The notes beneath the pieces are model-generated. The model did not search any database, had not been told where the DNA came from, and was given only the letters and a program-made list of their open reading frames with translations. The position numbers and the translations under genes were made by a program. This document shows positions 1 to 8,318 of a stretch of 32,000 nucleotides of DNA, one piece after another (positions within the stretch are counted from its first letter, which is position 1; each line of letters starts with the position of its first letter). Origin of the DNA: Candidatus Korarchaeum cryptofilum OPF8 (lineage in GTDB: Archaea > Korarchaeota > Korarchaeia > Korarchaeales > Korarchaeaceae); the NCBI RefSeq assembly GCF_000019605.1, contig NC_010482.1:1470001-1502000 (forward strand), given 5' to 3'.

Positions 1-680
1 AGGATCACTTGAAGATAGCTCCAGCTCGCTACCCCCAGGATGGAATGGATAATCTGATGAGAGGGGTCATAAAGGAGATACTGCATGAGCCGGGCAGGCA
101 CACCCCGATATCGCTTGTAGAGCTAGAGAACGGGCAGGAGTTCTATTACATACCTCCCGAGGGGGTCTATGAGGGTCAGGAGATTCAGATAGGCAAGGGG
201 GCTGAAGTGAAGACCGGTAATGTATTGCCTCTCTCCGAGATACCTGATGGTAGTCTCGTGTGCAACGTCGAGATAAGGCCCGGAGACGGTGGGAAAATCG
301 CTAGGAGGAGCGGTACTTATGCGATAGTTTTCTCCCACGAAGGGGATAAGGTGATACTTAGGTTACCCTCCAGGAAGGAGAAATTAGTCGATGCGAGATG
401 CAGGGCAACAATAGGCGTAGTGGCTGGCAGCGGAAGGATAGAGAAGCCATTCATGAAGGCGGGTATCAAGTATTATCATGAGAGGACGCATCCGAAGAGG
501 TGGCCGGTAGTAAGAGGGGTGGCGATGAACCCCGTATCACATCCGCATGGAGGTGGATCGCACAAGAGGCCTGGAAAACCAACTACAGTCGCTAGAACAG
601 CTCCTCCTGGTCAGAAAGTCGGTCATATAGCTGCTAGGAAGACCGGAAGGGCTAAGAGGAGGGCGGCGACCAAGAGGTAA
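1..680 (+). CDS. rpl2: 50S ribosomal protein L2 (uL2); 5' end cut off by the window edge
   Basis: The frame stays open from nt 3 to the stop at 680, so the TTG at 9 is only the track's first start. The C-terminal VRGVAMNPVSHPHGGGSHKRPGKP motif is the universal uL2 signature. rps19 follows, as in S10/spc clusters. Confidence 0.95.
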   Translation, partial: DHLKIAPARYPQDGMDNLMRGVIKEILHEPGRHTPISLVELENGQEFYYIPPEGVYEGQEIQIGKGAEVKTGNVLPLSEIPDGSLVCNVEIRPGDGGKIARRSGTYAIVFSHEGDKVILRLPSRKEKLVDARCRATIGVVAGSGRIEKPFMKAGIKYYHERTHPKRWPVVRGVAMNPVSHPHGGGSHKRPGKPTTVARTAPPGQKVGHIAARKTGRAKRRAATKR

Positions 681-704
681 AATTATATTTCATGAAGGGA
701 GGAT

Positions 705-1109
705 GTGGAGATGTCCTCGAGGGAGTTCAGGTACCGTGGGTATACTTTGGAGCAACTTCAGACCATGACCCTGGATGAGTTAGCTAATGTGATGCCGTCT
801 AGGATAAGGAGAACACTGAAGAGGGGGCTTTCCATCGAGAATAAGAAGCTCCTAGATAAGATCAGAAAGTATAAGGCCATGGGGATAGATAAGGTCATAA
901 GGACCCATAGGAGGGATATGCCCATCCTACCTGAGATGGTCGGCTCTAAGATAGCGGTCCACAACGGGAAGGAGTTCGTTGAGATCACGATAGTGCCCGA
1001 GATGATAGGGCACTATCTCGGTGAGTTCGCGATGACCAACAGGATCGTGAGGCATGGGAAACCTGGAAAGGGAGCCACGAGATCCAGTAAGTTCGTGCCC
1101 CTCAAGTGA
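705..1109 (+). CDS. rps19: 30S ribosomal protein S19 (uS19)
   Basis: The motifs [24 protein letters not shown]...[11 protein letters not shown]...HGKPG are typical of archaeal/eukaryotic uS19. The start is GTG at 705 or ATG at 711. It lies 24 nt after rpl2. Confidence 0.95.
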   Translation: MEMSSREFRYRGYTLEQLQTMTLDELANVMPSRIRRTLKRGLSIENKKLLDKIRKYKAMGIDKVIRTHRRDMPILPEMVGSKIAVHNGKEFVEITIVPEMIGHYLGEFAMTNRIVRHGKPGKGATRSSKFVPLK

Positions 1110-1111
1110 TT

Positions 1112-1198
1112 GCCGGGGTGGCCGAGATCGGACCAAGGTGCCCGCCTTGAGAGCGGGTGGCCCTCCGGGCCGCGAGGGTTCAAATCCCTCCCCCGGCG
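1112..1198 (+). tRNA. tRNA-Ser (anticodon UGA), class II with a long variable arm; CCA not encoded
   Basis: Cloverleaf folded by hand. Acceptor stem GCCGGGG/CCCCGGC. Anticodon stem CCCGC/GCGGG with loop CTTGAGA (TGA at 1148-1150). Variable arm GGCCC-TCC-GGGCC. T arm GAGGG-TTCAAAT-CCCTC. Discriminator G. Confidence 0.85.
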
Positions 1199-1211
1199 CT
1201 CACCTCATTTA

Positions 1212-2471
1212 TTATAGAGAGTTTATATTCTGAACCTTGGGGAGGAGCTCGGGGGCATTCTTCATGATCCCTATCTTGGGCTTATTGAACCTCCTCAGCT
1301 CCTTATCTATCGCCTCCTGAAGCTCACCGTACCACTCGAATCCCATGGACCTCGCTTCATCCTCCCTTATTCCCTCCGATACTATGACTACTCTGATCCT
1401 CGACCTGATCTTAGACCACACCATTGAATTCGCTGCCCCTATGAGGTCCTTAACGAACCCCGATCTCACCCTCCTATCTATCTCCTCCGGTGGCAGTCCT
1501 GCGAGCTCTATCACCTCAGGATGAGTTCTAGCAACTCCTTCTGGGCATGGTGTCACGAGGATCAATGTACCCCCATCCCTGAGCACCATATCAGCTGGAT
1601 ATAGGGATTTATGCGCCTGCCAGAACTCTATATCAGCCGGATAGCTACTCGCTATCACGATATCGAGATTCCCCGGGGATTCAACCTCGTATATCTTCCT
1701 GGACTCCTTCACGGCTTCCTTGAACACTTCCTTAACTCCTCCGACCCCTATCCAAGTGGGTCTGCCAATACCATCGACCACTAGATCTATTAAACCCCTA
1801 AGACCAGCTTTCTCCGCAACTAAGTCCATTAAATTCCTTACTTCATTTTCTTCGATGCCAAGAAAGCTTCTCCTAAGCCTGGCGCTTAGCATATGCATCT
1901 CTCCCACAGTTCTCTCGCCAGAAACACCCGGGAGGACTATCTTGGAACCACCTGAGAATCCTGAGACATGATGGGGCGTAACGCAACCAATTCCTATCGA
2001 GAAATCTACCTTAGAGAGCTCTTTAGTGACCTCTATGGGGGCTCCGTTCGGCATCGTGCCCACTCTAACCTGCTTCTCCGGATCTCTGAAGTCCGGTTGG
2101 ATGAGATTCACTCTATCCAAAGCTTCTCTGTATTTCCTCTCGAGTTCAGATTGTGTCATAGGCCTATGAGTCCCTAGAGCAACTATTAGAGAGACTTCCC
2201 TTATACCGGCTCCCTCTAAGAAATCTAGAACTGTGGGGAGTATCAGGTGCGTGGGGGTGGGTCTAGTTATATCATCGGCTATAATAGCTACTCTCGCTCC
2301 AGGCCTGAGGAACCTCAGATTGTTCAGGGAGCTATTGAGCTCCTCTTTTAGCTCTTTTATAGGTTCAACTTCTCTCGGTTCTATATAATGGACTCTCAAA
2401 TTATCGGGTAGACTGAAATAAATCTTAGAGTTCCCGTAAGGTAACTGAAAGTCGGGCAAGCTAGCACCCAA
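1212..2471 (-). CDS. LarA-like (DUF2088) putative nickel-pincer-cofactor 2-hydroxyacid racemase/epimerase
   Basis: 419 aa with ADDITRPTP, ALGTHRP and TPHHVSGFSGGSK motifs. A His lies 16 residues after the Lys (GEMHM), matching what I recall of LarA catalytic and cofactor residues. The start overlaps the upstream PdxA-family gene by 11 nt. Confidence 0.65.
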   Translation of the reverse strand: MGASLPDFQLPYGNSKIYFSLPDNLRVHYIEPREVEPIKELKEELNSSLNNLRFLRPGARVAIIADDITRPTPTHLILPTVLDFLEGAGIREVSLIVALGTHRPMTQSELERKYREALDRVNLIQPDFRDPEKQVRVGTMPNGAPIEVTKELSKVDFSIGIGCVTPHHVSGFSGGSKIVLPGVSGERTVGEMHMLSARLRRSFLGIEENEVRNLMDLVAEKAGLRGLIDLVVDGIGRPTWIGVGGVKEVFKEAVKESRKIYEVESPGNLDIVIASSYPADIEFWQAHKSLYPADMVLRDGGTLILVTPCPEGVARTHPEVIELAGLPPEEIDRRVRSGFVKDLIGAANSMVWSKIRSRIRVVIVSEGIREDEARSMGFEWYGELQEAIDKELRRFNKPKIGIMKNAPELLPKVQNINSL

Positions 2472-3417
2472 GTAACCTGAATGCTAACCTTATAGCGTTT
2501 ACCATGCTACCCTCATCCGCTAGGCATTTGCCAGCTATATCGTATGCTGTCCCATGATCCACCGACGTCCTTACGTAAGGGAGCCCTAGGGTGACATTTA
2601 CGGCCCTATTAAATCCCAAAAGCTTGATTGGAATGTGTCCCTGGTCATGGTACATCGCTACAACAGCTTTGAACTCGCCCCTCATCGCCCTCAGAAATAT
2701 GGTATCAGCGGGTATCGGCCCCTCAACTTCGTATCCCCTATCGATGAGCTTCTCGATGGCTGGCCTTATGATCCTGATTTCCTCATCTCCGAAGAGCCCC
2801 CCTTCGCCCGCATGCGGGTTCAGAGAGGATACTCCTATCTTCCCCGGTTCCCCGAGCTTCCCGAGGAAGGAGGAGGTAAGTTCCACAGTTACAATAATCT
2901 CCTCCTCCGTCAGGAGCCTCGGAACATCCTTGAGTGCTACATGCGTCGTGACATGCGATACCCTCAACTCATCGAGGAAGAGCATCATCTTAGTCTTCCT
3001 ACCCCCCGCTAACTCAGCTAAGAGTTCCGTATGACCGGTGAATTTTATGCCAGCCATGTTCACGGCCTCCTTGCTGACGGGTCCCGTAACTAGGGCTTCA
3101 GCTTTCCCTCCGAGGATCAATTCAGATGCCTTCCTTATGCAGAGGTAGGAGTGGAGCCCTCCCTCCGGCGTCGGACCGCTGCCCTCGACTCCGAAGTCAT
3201 CGATATCTATAACGGGTACCGAATCCCTCAGGGGCGTGGGTTCATCCACAGGGGTGAAGTCCATATCGAGGCCACATGATTCACATGCCTTCTTCAGGGA
3301 CCTTATACTCCCTATGACAGTTACTGGAAGCCCCAAGCGTTTAATAGCCTTAACTAGGACTTCAGGACCCACTCCCAGCGGGTCGCCTGCCGTTACTATA
3401 ACTGATCCCATGGGCAC
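2461..3417 (-). CDS. PdxA-family NAD-dependent 4-phospho-hydroxyacid dehydrogenase (PdxA/PdxA2-like)
   Basis: 318 aa with FTGHTELLA, SLNPHAGEGGLFGDEE, AMYHDQGHIPIK and RTSVDHGTAYDIAG motifs, all hallmarks of the PdxA family. Confidence 0.85.
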   Translation of the reverse strand: MPMGSVIVTAGDPLGVGPEVLVKAIKRLGLPVTVIGSIRSLKKACESCGLDMDFTPVDEPTPLRDSVPVIDIDDFGVEGSGPTPEGGLHSYLCIRKASELILGGKAEALVTGPVSKEAVNMAGIKFTGHTELLAELAGGRKTKMMLFLDELRVSHVTTHVALKDVPRLLTEEEIIVTVELTSSFLGKLGEPGKIGVSSLNPHAGEGGLFGDEEIRIIRPAIEKLIDRGYEVEGPIPADTIFLRAMRGEFKAVVAMYHDQGHIPIKLLGFNRAVNVTLGLPYVRTSVDHGTAYDIAGKCLADEGSMVNAIRLAFRLLGC

Positions 3418-3457
3418 CCACCTGAGCTATGCTGTAAGTATGATGAGAAATAAGAGC

Positions 3458-4513
3458 TCATCTCCTGACACTCGATAGGATCCTTAGCAGTGTCTCAGGA
3501 TCCCCAAAACCTCCAGCCTTTGAGATAAGAGGAGTTCCATCCATAGGGCCACCAACGATCCATCCAGCGGCAAGCCCCTCCTCCGGATAGCTCCCTATCC
3601 TTATCGCGGAAGCACCCAGTAAATCTAAAAGCCTTCTTAAAGTCTCCCCACCGATGATAACGAGAGAACCTGGTCTTAAATCTAGTAAGAGCTCAGCTAT
3701 TTTCCCTATCCTGCTCAAGGAACTCCCTAGATCGAAAGATATGGCTACACTCGATCCCTCCATGAGGTTCTTCCTCGCTAGATCCAAGGATCCGTCGCTG
3801 AGCACCTCTATCCTCTCAGATAACCTCTCTAACTGCTTCAATGTCACCTCATTCGTTGAGCCGGAGATGAAGAGTAGAGGATTATAGAGCTCAACATAAT
3901 CAGCCTTTTCACAGCCCAAGAAATTGGAGAGCTCCATGGCTAGCCCTGCACTCCCTCCCATTACCTTGAAACCGCTCTCCTCTATGAGCCTGAAAGCTCT
4001 AGAGAGCTCGGATCTATCTCTCACATCCCTGAAAGTCATTATATCTTGCTCTCCATACCAGTAGCCCACTCTGAGCCTGGATGTAGCTTTTACTATCTCT
4101 AAAATGTCAGAAGAGCATTTAGGGAGCTCTCTAACGTAATCAGTTTCCTCCAGTAGCCTCCCCCTCACATAGATGAGTCCTTCCCTGACTATCCTACCCT
4201 GCTCCGGGTATGCCGGTGTGAAGGGGATCCTAACACCTGAAGACTCGCATATCTCATCGAACTCAGCCCCCACATTCCCTCTCATTGTTGAATCTATCTT
4301 CTTGTACAGGTAATGCCAACCTGAAAATCTTTTCAGAGAGTCTCTTACCCTCAACCTAGCCTCATCAGGTCTCAAAAGTCTCGTGTCAGTGCTTATACCA
4401 ACGAAGTCCGATGAAACTTCCCCTCTGAGCGAAACAACGGATCCCTTACCGAACTTACTCGTGGTGTCGAGGGCCCCGGTGAGATCGTCAGCGATTATGA
4501 GGACCTTCATCAT
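3458..4513 (-). CDS. Four-carbon acid-sugar kinase family protein (DUF1537)
   Basis: 351 aa. It has the N-terminal IIADDLTGALDT motif and the C-terminal IIGGET...ISKAGGFG nucleotide-binding motifs typical of DUF1537 kinases. It is the first gene of a three-gene minus-strand unit. Confidence 0.8.
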   Translation of the reverse strand: MMKVLIIADDLTGALDTTSKFGKGSVVSLRGEVSSDFVGISTDTRLLRPDEARLRVRDSLKRFSGWHYLYKKIDSTMRGNVGAEFDEICESSGVRIPFTPAYPEQGRIVREGLIYVRGRLLEETDYVRELPKCSSDILEIVKATSRLRVGYWYGEQDIMTFRDVRDRSELSRAFRLIEESGFKVMGGSAGLAMELSNFLGCEKADYVELYNPLLFISGSTNEVTLKQLERLSERIEVLSDGSLDLARKNLMEGSSVAISFDLGSSLSRIGKIAELLLDLRPGSLVIIGGETLRRLLDLLGASAIRIGSYPEEGLAAGWIVGGPMDGTPLISKAGGFGDPETLLRILSSVRR

Positions 4514-4530
4514 GGCATGATGAATGAGAG

Positions 4531-4541
4531 TTATATTTATT
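4531..4541 (-). promoter_or_regulatory. Candidate TATA box for the kinase/PdxA/LarA-like unit
   Basis: The minus strand reads AATAAATATAA, centred about 23 nt upstream of the ATG at 4513. This implies a leaderless or very short-leader transcript. Confidence 0.4.
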
Positions 4542-4568
4542 CTTAAACAATAAAACGAGATTTGGGTC

Positions 4569-4889
4569 TCACATCAGGACTATGCTTATCTTGACGTCAT
4601 CAGGGAGCGTTATACCCATTATACTCCTTATATACCTCTCATCCGGGTTCGGGATGTCTATTATCCTCTTGTGGATCCTCAGCTCATATTTATCGTATCT
4701 ATTAGTTCCCTCTCCCGATGGATTCCTGAGGGCCGTCACCCTGAGCCTCTTAGTGGGAAGGGGTATGGGTCCCTTAACCCTCACTCCCATCTTATCAGCT
4801 ATCTCCTTGAACATCCTGCTTACTTTCTCCAAGCTCTCTGGATTCACACTTACCAGCTCTATTCTAAGGATTTCAGTCATTGAGATCAC
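4569..4889 (-). CDS. rps10: 30S ribosomal protein S10 (uS10)
   Basis: 106 aa with KGPIPLPTKRLRVTALRNPSGEGTNRYDKYELRIHKRIIDI, a typical uS10 core. It sits 19 nt downstream of EF-1alpha, the conserved tuf-rps10 pairing. Confidence 0.95.
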   Translation of the reverse strand: MISMTEILRIELVSVNPESLEKVSRMFKEIADKMGVRVKGPIPLPTKRLRVTALRNPSGEGTNRYDKYELRIHKRIIDIPNPDERYIRSIMGITLPDDVKISIVLM

Positions 4890-4908
4890 CCTAAAAAAGA
4901 AGGGTTAT

Positions 4909-6180
4909 TCATTTCTTCTTCTTCTCCAGCGGAACTACATCCAGCACTATGCCCGCAGCTACCGTTATTCCCATGTCCCTGACAGCGAATCTCCCGAGGG
5001 GCGGGAACTCACTGTACTTCTCTATCACGAAAGGCTTGAGGGGCTCGAACTTCACTATGGCCGCATCTCCCCTCCTTATGAAGCTGGGTTTCTCCTCAAG
5101 GACCTGCCCGCTCCTCGGGTCTATCTTCTTCTCTATTGAGACCATCTTGCATGCCATGTGGCCTGTGTGAGCATGTATGACCGGAGTATAACCTGGGGCT
5201 ATGGCCGTCGGGTGCTGTAGCACGACTATCTGAGCTGTGAACTCCTTGGCAACTGTCGGCGGATTGTTCGGGTGGCCTATAACGTCACCTCTCTTTATCT
5301 CCTTCTTATCTATTCCCTTTATGTTTATACCTATGTTATCCCCGGGTTCAGCCTTCTCAAGCCTCTCATGGTGCATCTCTATGCTCTTTACCTCGGCTGT
5401 CTTACCTAGGGGCTCTATTACTATCGTATCCCCTGGCTTGAGGACGCCCGTCTCCACCCTACCGACTATGACAGTACCCACTCCAGTTATCGAGAACACG
5501 TCCTGGATGGGGATCCTCAGGGGCTTATCTATGGGCTTCGGTGGGGCGACGAATGTATCTAGGACCTCGTAGAGTGTAGGACCATTATACCAGGGCATGT
5601 TGCTGCTCCTATTGACTACGTTATCTCCCTGAAGACCGCTAGTCGGTATGAACTGTATCTTAGATGGATCGTAACCAACTCTCTTGAGAAGATCGGAGAC
5701 CTGCGCCTTTATCTCCTCATATCTCTCCTTCTTATATCCTACTGTCGGATCATCCATCTTATTTACAGCTACAGCCAGCTGATTCACTCCCAAGGTCTTT
5801 ATCAGGAAGACGTGCTCTATCGTCTGGGCCTGAATACCCTCTCCTGACTTAGCTGAGACGACTAATATCGCTGCATCCGCCTGGCTAGCTCCAGTTATCA
5901 TGTTCTTGACGAAGTCCCTGTGCCCAGGGGCATCTATCACGGTGATCATCTTATGCGGGGTCTCCACTTTCGTGTGGAAGAGGTCTATGGTCATTCCCCT
6001 CTCTCGCTCCTCCTTGAGTCTATCGACGACCCATGCGAATTTAGCATCTGCAGCTAGCTCATCCGGAGGGAGCTCCTCTACGAGTTTCAGGTCGTAGAAG
6101 AGCCTACCGATTAGTGTAGACTTCCCGTGGTCCACATGGCCGACGAATATCAGGTTCACATGTTCCTTCTCAGGCATCAT
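4909..6180 (-). CDS. tuf: Translation elongation factor EF-1alpha (aEF1A)
   Basis: 423 aa with G-domain motifs [14 protein letters not shown] and NKMD. A GAGGGTGAT Shine-Dalgarno-like element lies directly upstream of the tandem ATG ATG. Confidence 0.97.
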   Translation of the reverse strand: MMPEKEHVNLIFVGHVDHGKSTLIGRLFYDLKLVEELPPDELAADAKFAWVVDRLKEERERGMTIDLFHTKVETPHKMITVIDAPGHRDFVKNMITGASQADAAILVVSAKSGEGIQAQTIEHVFLIKTLGVNQLAVAVNKMDDPTVGYKKERYEEIKAQVSDLLKRVGYDPSKIQFIPTSGLQGDNVVNRSSNMPWYNGPTLYEVLDTFVAPPKPIDKPLRIPIQDVFSITGVGTVIVGRVETGVLKPGDTIVIEPLGKTAEVKSIEMHHERLEKAEPGDNIGINIKGIDKKEIKRGDVIGHPNNPPTVAKEFTAQIVVLQHPTAIAPGYTPVIHAHTGHMACKMVSIEKKIDPRSGQVLEEKPSFIRRGDAAIVKFEPLKPFVIEKYSEFPPLGRFAVRDMGITVAAGIVLDVVPLEKKKK

Positions 6181-6218
6181 ATCACCCTCTGAGTGACACC
6201 TGAAATTAGTGCATCGTG

Positions 6219-6228
6219 TATTTTTAAA
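6219..6228 (-). promoter_or_regulatory. Candidate TATA box of the tuf-rps10 promoter
   Basis: The minus strand reads TTTAAAAATA about 43 nt upstream of the tuf ATG. That fits a leader of about 17 nt carrying the SD-like GAGGGTGAT. Confidence 0.4.
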
Positions 6229-6285
6229 CCTGATATCCCGATGGATCTCGGTACTGACGGTGCCCCGGAGGAGCGGGGAACATGC

Positions 6286-6470
6286 GGTAAAAGATTATCA
6301 AAAATTGGCGATCTATTCAAATAATTCCATAATTATTAACCAGTAAAATTGTAGAAAAATTGGTGAATTATTAATAAAGTTATTCAAGCTGACAAATATT
6401 CTGCATAACTGAGGGCAAATTTGATTAAAAATATAACTATTATAGCCGCATTTATTATTTAATATTTTAG
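6286..6470. other. AT-rich non-coding island (about 25% G+C) bracketed by an imperfect inverted repeat
   Basis: By hand count there are 45 G+C in 6301-6480. Inverted repeat: GGGGAACATGC at 6275-6285 and GCATTTCCCC at 6471-6480. Direct repeat: AAAAATTGG(C/T)GA at 6300-6311 and 6355-6366. No credible ORF on either strand. Confidence 0.6.
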
Positions 6471-6527
6471 GCATTTCCCCTCAAAATGTCACGGGAGATT
6501 TTTAAGCTGCCCGCATAGGACATCTGG

Positions 6528-6974
6528 ATGCATGAAGAAGGGATCGCGAGGTATAAAGAAGCTACCGCTTGGTTGCTAACCTTCCCTCCATTAATGGCTC
6601 TATTATCAACAATATTATCCCTCAATTTCGCAATATTTGATAGGGATACAGGGGCTAGGATAAGCATAATCCTCATGATGACAGCAATGTTCATATTCAT
6701 CATCGCTGATAGATACATAAGGATACTGATCCCGCTCGAGGAAGGGCAGGAGCCTCAAATGATGAGACTTTATAAGAAGGCCGCCATTCTCCTGGGAGTA
6801 GCAATACCTATACTGGGCCTCCTCTCCGCATTGGCTGTAGGTTATCCCGACGCCCCACTCACTTCCCTCTCATTCACAGCGATATCCCTCAGCGGGTTGG
6901 GTTCCGCATGGAAGAGGTTCTATGATAAGATCACTGGAAAGATAGTGATAGAGGTTAAGAGGACTAAAAGTTAA
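6528..6974 (+). CDS. Hypothetical small membrane protein (about 4 predicted TM helices)
   Basis: 148 aa with four hydrophobic 20-residue stretches separated by charged loops. I recognise no family. It is preferred over the overlapping antisense ORF 6467..6718. Confidence 0.5.
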   Translation: MHEEGIARYKEATAWLLTFPPLMALLSTILSLNFAIFDRDTGARISIILMMTAMFIFIIADRYIRILIPLEEGQEPQMMRLYKKAAILLGVAIPILGLLSALAVGYPDAPLTSLSFTAISLSGLGSAWKRFYDKITGKIVIEVKRTKS

Positions 6975-6977
6975 AAA

Positions 6978-8318
6978 TTAGGTCAAGGCTTCCGATATCT
7001 CATCCAATAGCCTCTCCGCTTCCTCCTCATCTCTTCCCTCAACTAAAACCCTTATTTTATGCTCCGTCTTAGAGAGCCTCACTAGAGCCCATAGATCTTC
7101 GGAAATCAATCCGATACCATCGAGAAAATCTAAGCGCATCCCCCTTCTTTCTCCAATCCTAATTAGTTTCTCCTCCAAATCCTTCCATTCCTTCTTCATG
7201 GGGATGTTCTTCCTGATCGTATGGTACTTGGGGAAGTCATCGATTATATCGCTCAAGCTCTTCCCTCTATTGGCTATCAGCTCCAGTATCAGGGCCGCAG
7301 CTAGGGGGCCATCCCTACCTAGGTGGAAATCCGGGAGTATCACGCCCCCGCAGCTCCCCTCACCACCGACAGTAGCTCCTATCTCCTTCATTTTATGCGT
7401 CACATAAGCCTCCCCCACGGGGGTTCTATGGATCTCGGCCCCTCTCCTCCTCGCTATATGATCGAAGATCCTGGATGATGCCGCATTAACGACTAGTTTC
7501 CCGCCGCCCTTCCTCTCAAGGATATAATCGACGACGAGAGCTAGCGTGATATCTTCAGGCATTACCTCCCCCCTCTCCGTCACTATAGTTAGTCTATCAG
7601 CATCAGTATCATGAGCGAAGCCCAGGTCTGATCCGGTGGCCACCACGATCTTAGAGAGGTCCTCCAGGGTATCCGGTCTCGGCTCCAATTCCCTCACGAA
7701 TATCCCGGGGGCTGAGTTTATAGTTAACGTCTTAACGCCGAGTTCATTGAGGAGATAGGGGGTTACATAAGCCCCGGCTCCACCGTTAACATCTAAGCAG
7801 ACCTTCAACTTATATTCTCTGACTCTCTCTATATCCACGAACCTGAGGAGATCCTCCAAGTAGTCCCCTATTGCATCATATTGCTCCTCCCTTCCCATCT
7901 CGTTCCAGGGCACTGATTCAAATTTTCCCTTCTCGAACTCAGATCTGAGGAGCTCCATCTCATCAGGATGAAGTAGGATACCCTCTTTCCCCAATAACTT
8001 CAAGGCATTCCATTCAGGTGGATTGTGGCTTCCAGATATCACTATGCCGCCATCCGCATCGTACTTAGCTGTGGCCCATTCTATCGTCGGTGTCGGAGCT
8101 ATCCCTATGTTAAGAACGTTTACACCGGCCGAGAGGAGCCCTGAAATAACTGCTCTCTCAATAGCCTCTCCGCTTGGCCTCGTATCCCTTCCAACAACTG
8201 CTAGAGATCCCTTCCCCAATCTCCTCCCGAAGATATTAGCTATTAACATGGAAATGTGGGCATCGAGGCCCCTGCCCACGATACCCCTTATCCCCAATGG
8301 GGTGAAGATGAGGCTCAT
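6978..8318 (-). CDS. glmM: Phosphohexomutase-family enzyme, likely phosphoglucosamine/phosphomannomutase
   Basis: 446 aa. It has the active-site Ser loop ISGSHNPPEWNALK, the metal loop FAHDTDADR and the sugar loop GGEGSCG. Its start overlaps the upstream transporter stop (ATGA at 8315-8318). Confidence 0.85.
   Translation of the reverse strand: MSLIFTPLGIRGIVGRGLDAHISMLIANIFGRRLGKGSLAVVGRDTRPSGEAIERAVISGLLSAGVNVLNIGIAPTPTIEWATAKYDADGGIVISGSHNPPEWNALKLLGKEGILLHPDEMELLRSEFEKGKFESVPWNEMGREEQYDAIGDYLEDLLRFVDIERVREYKLKVCLDVNGGAGAYVTPYLLNELGVKTLTINSAPGIFVRELEPRPDTLEDLSKIVVATGSDLGFAHDTDADRLTIVTERGEVMPEDITLALVVDYILERKGGGKLVVNAASSRIFDHIARRRGAEIHRTPVGEAYVTHKMKEIGATVGGEGSCGGVILPDFHLGRDGPLAAALILELIANRGKSLSDIIDDFPKYHTIRKNIPMKKEWKDLEEKLIRIGERRGMRLDFLDGIGLISEDLWALVRLSKTEHKIRVLVEGRDEEEAERLLDEISEALT

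Noticed and set aside
4514-4530. An ATGATGA word (4517-4523) resembles a C box of a C/D box sRNA, which is tempting given the fibrillarin and Nop5 genes in the window.
   Set aside because: There is no D box (CTGA) at a suitable distance, no terminal stem and no C'/D' pair. The word lies just upstream of the kinase start, between its TATA element and the ATG. I found no convincing C/D or H/ACA sRNA in any intergenic spacer.
6241-6324. A 27-codon plus-strand ORF ([27 protein letters not shown]) in the tuf upstream region.
   Set aside because: It has no ribosome-binding or TATA context and no recognisable family, and it runs across a hairpin into the AT-rich island. It is most likely chance.
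6467-6718. An 83-aa minus-strand ORF overlaps the start of the 6528..6974 gene.
   Set aside because: The plus-strand ORF is longer and shows a regular four-helix membrane pattern. The minus ORF has no motif, and its start would lie within the plus-strand gene, with no free upstream region for its own promoter. I cannot fully exclude it.
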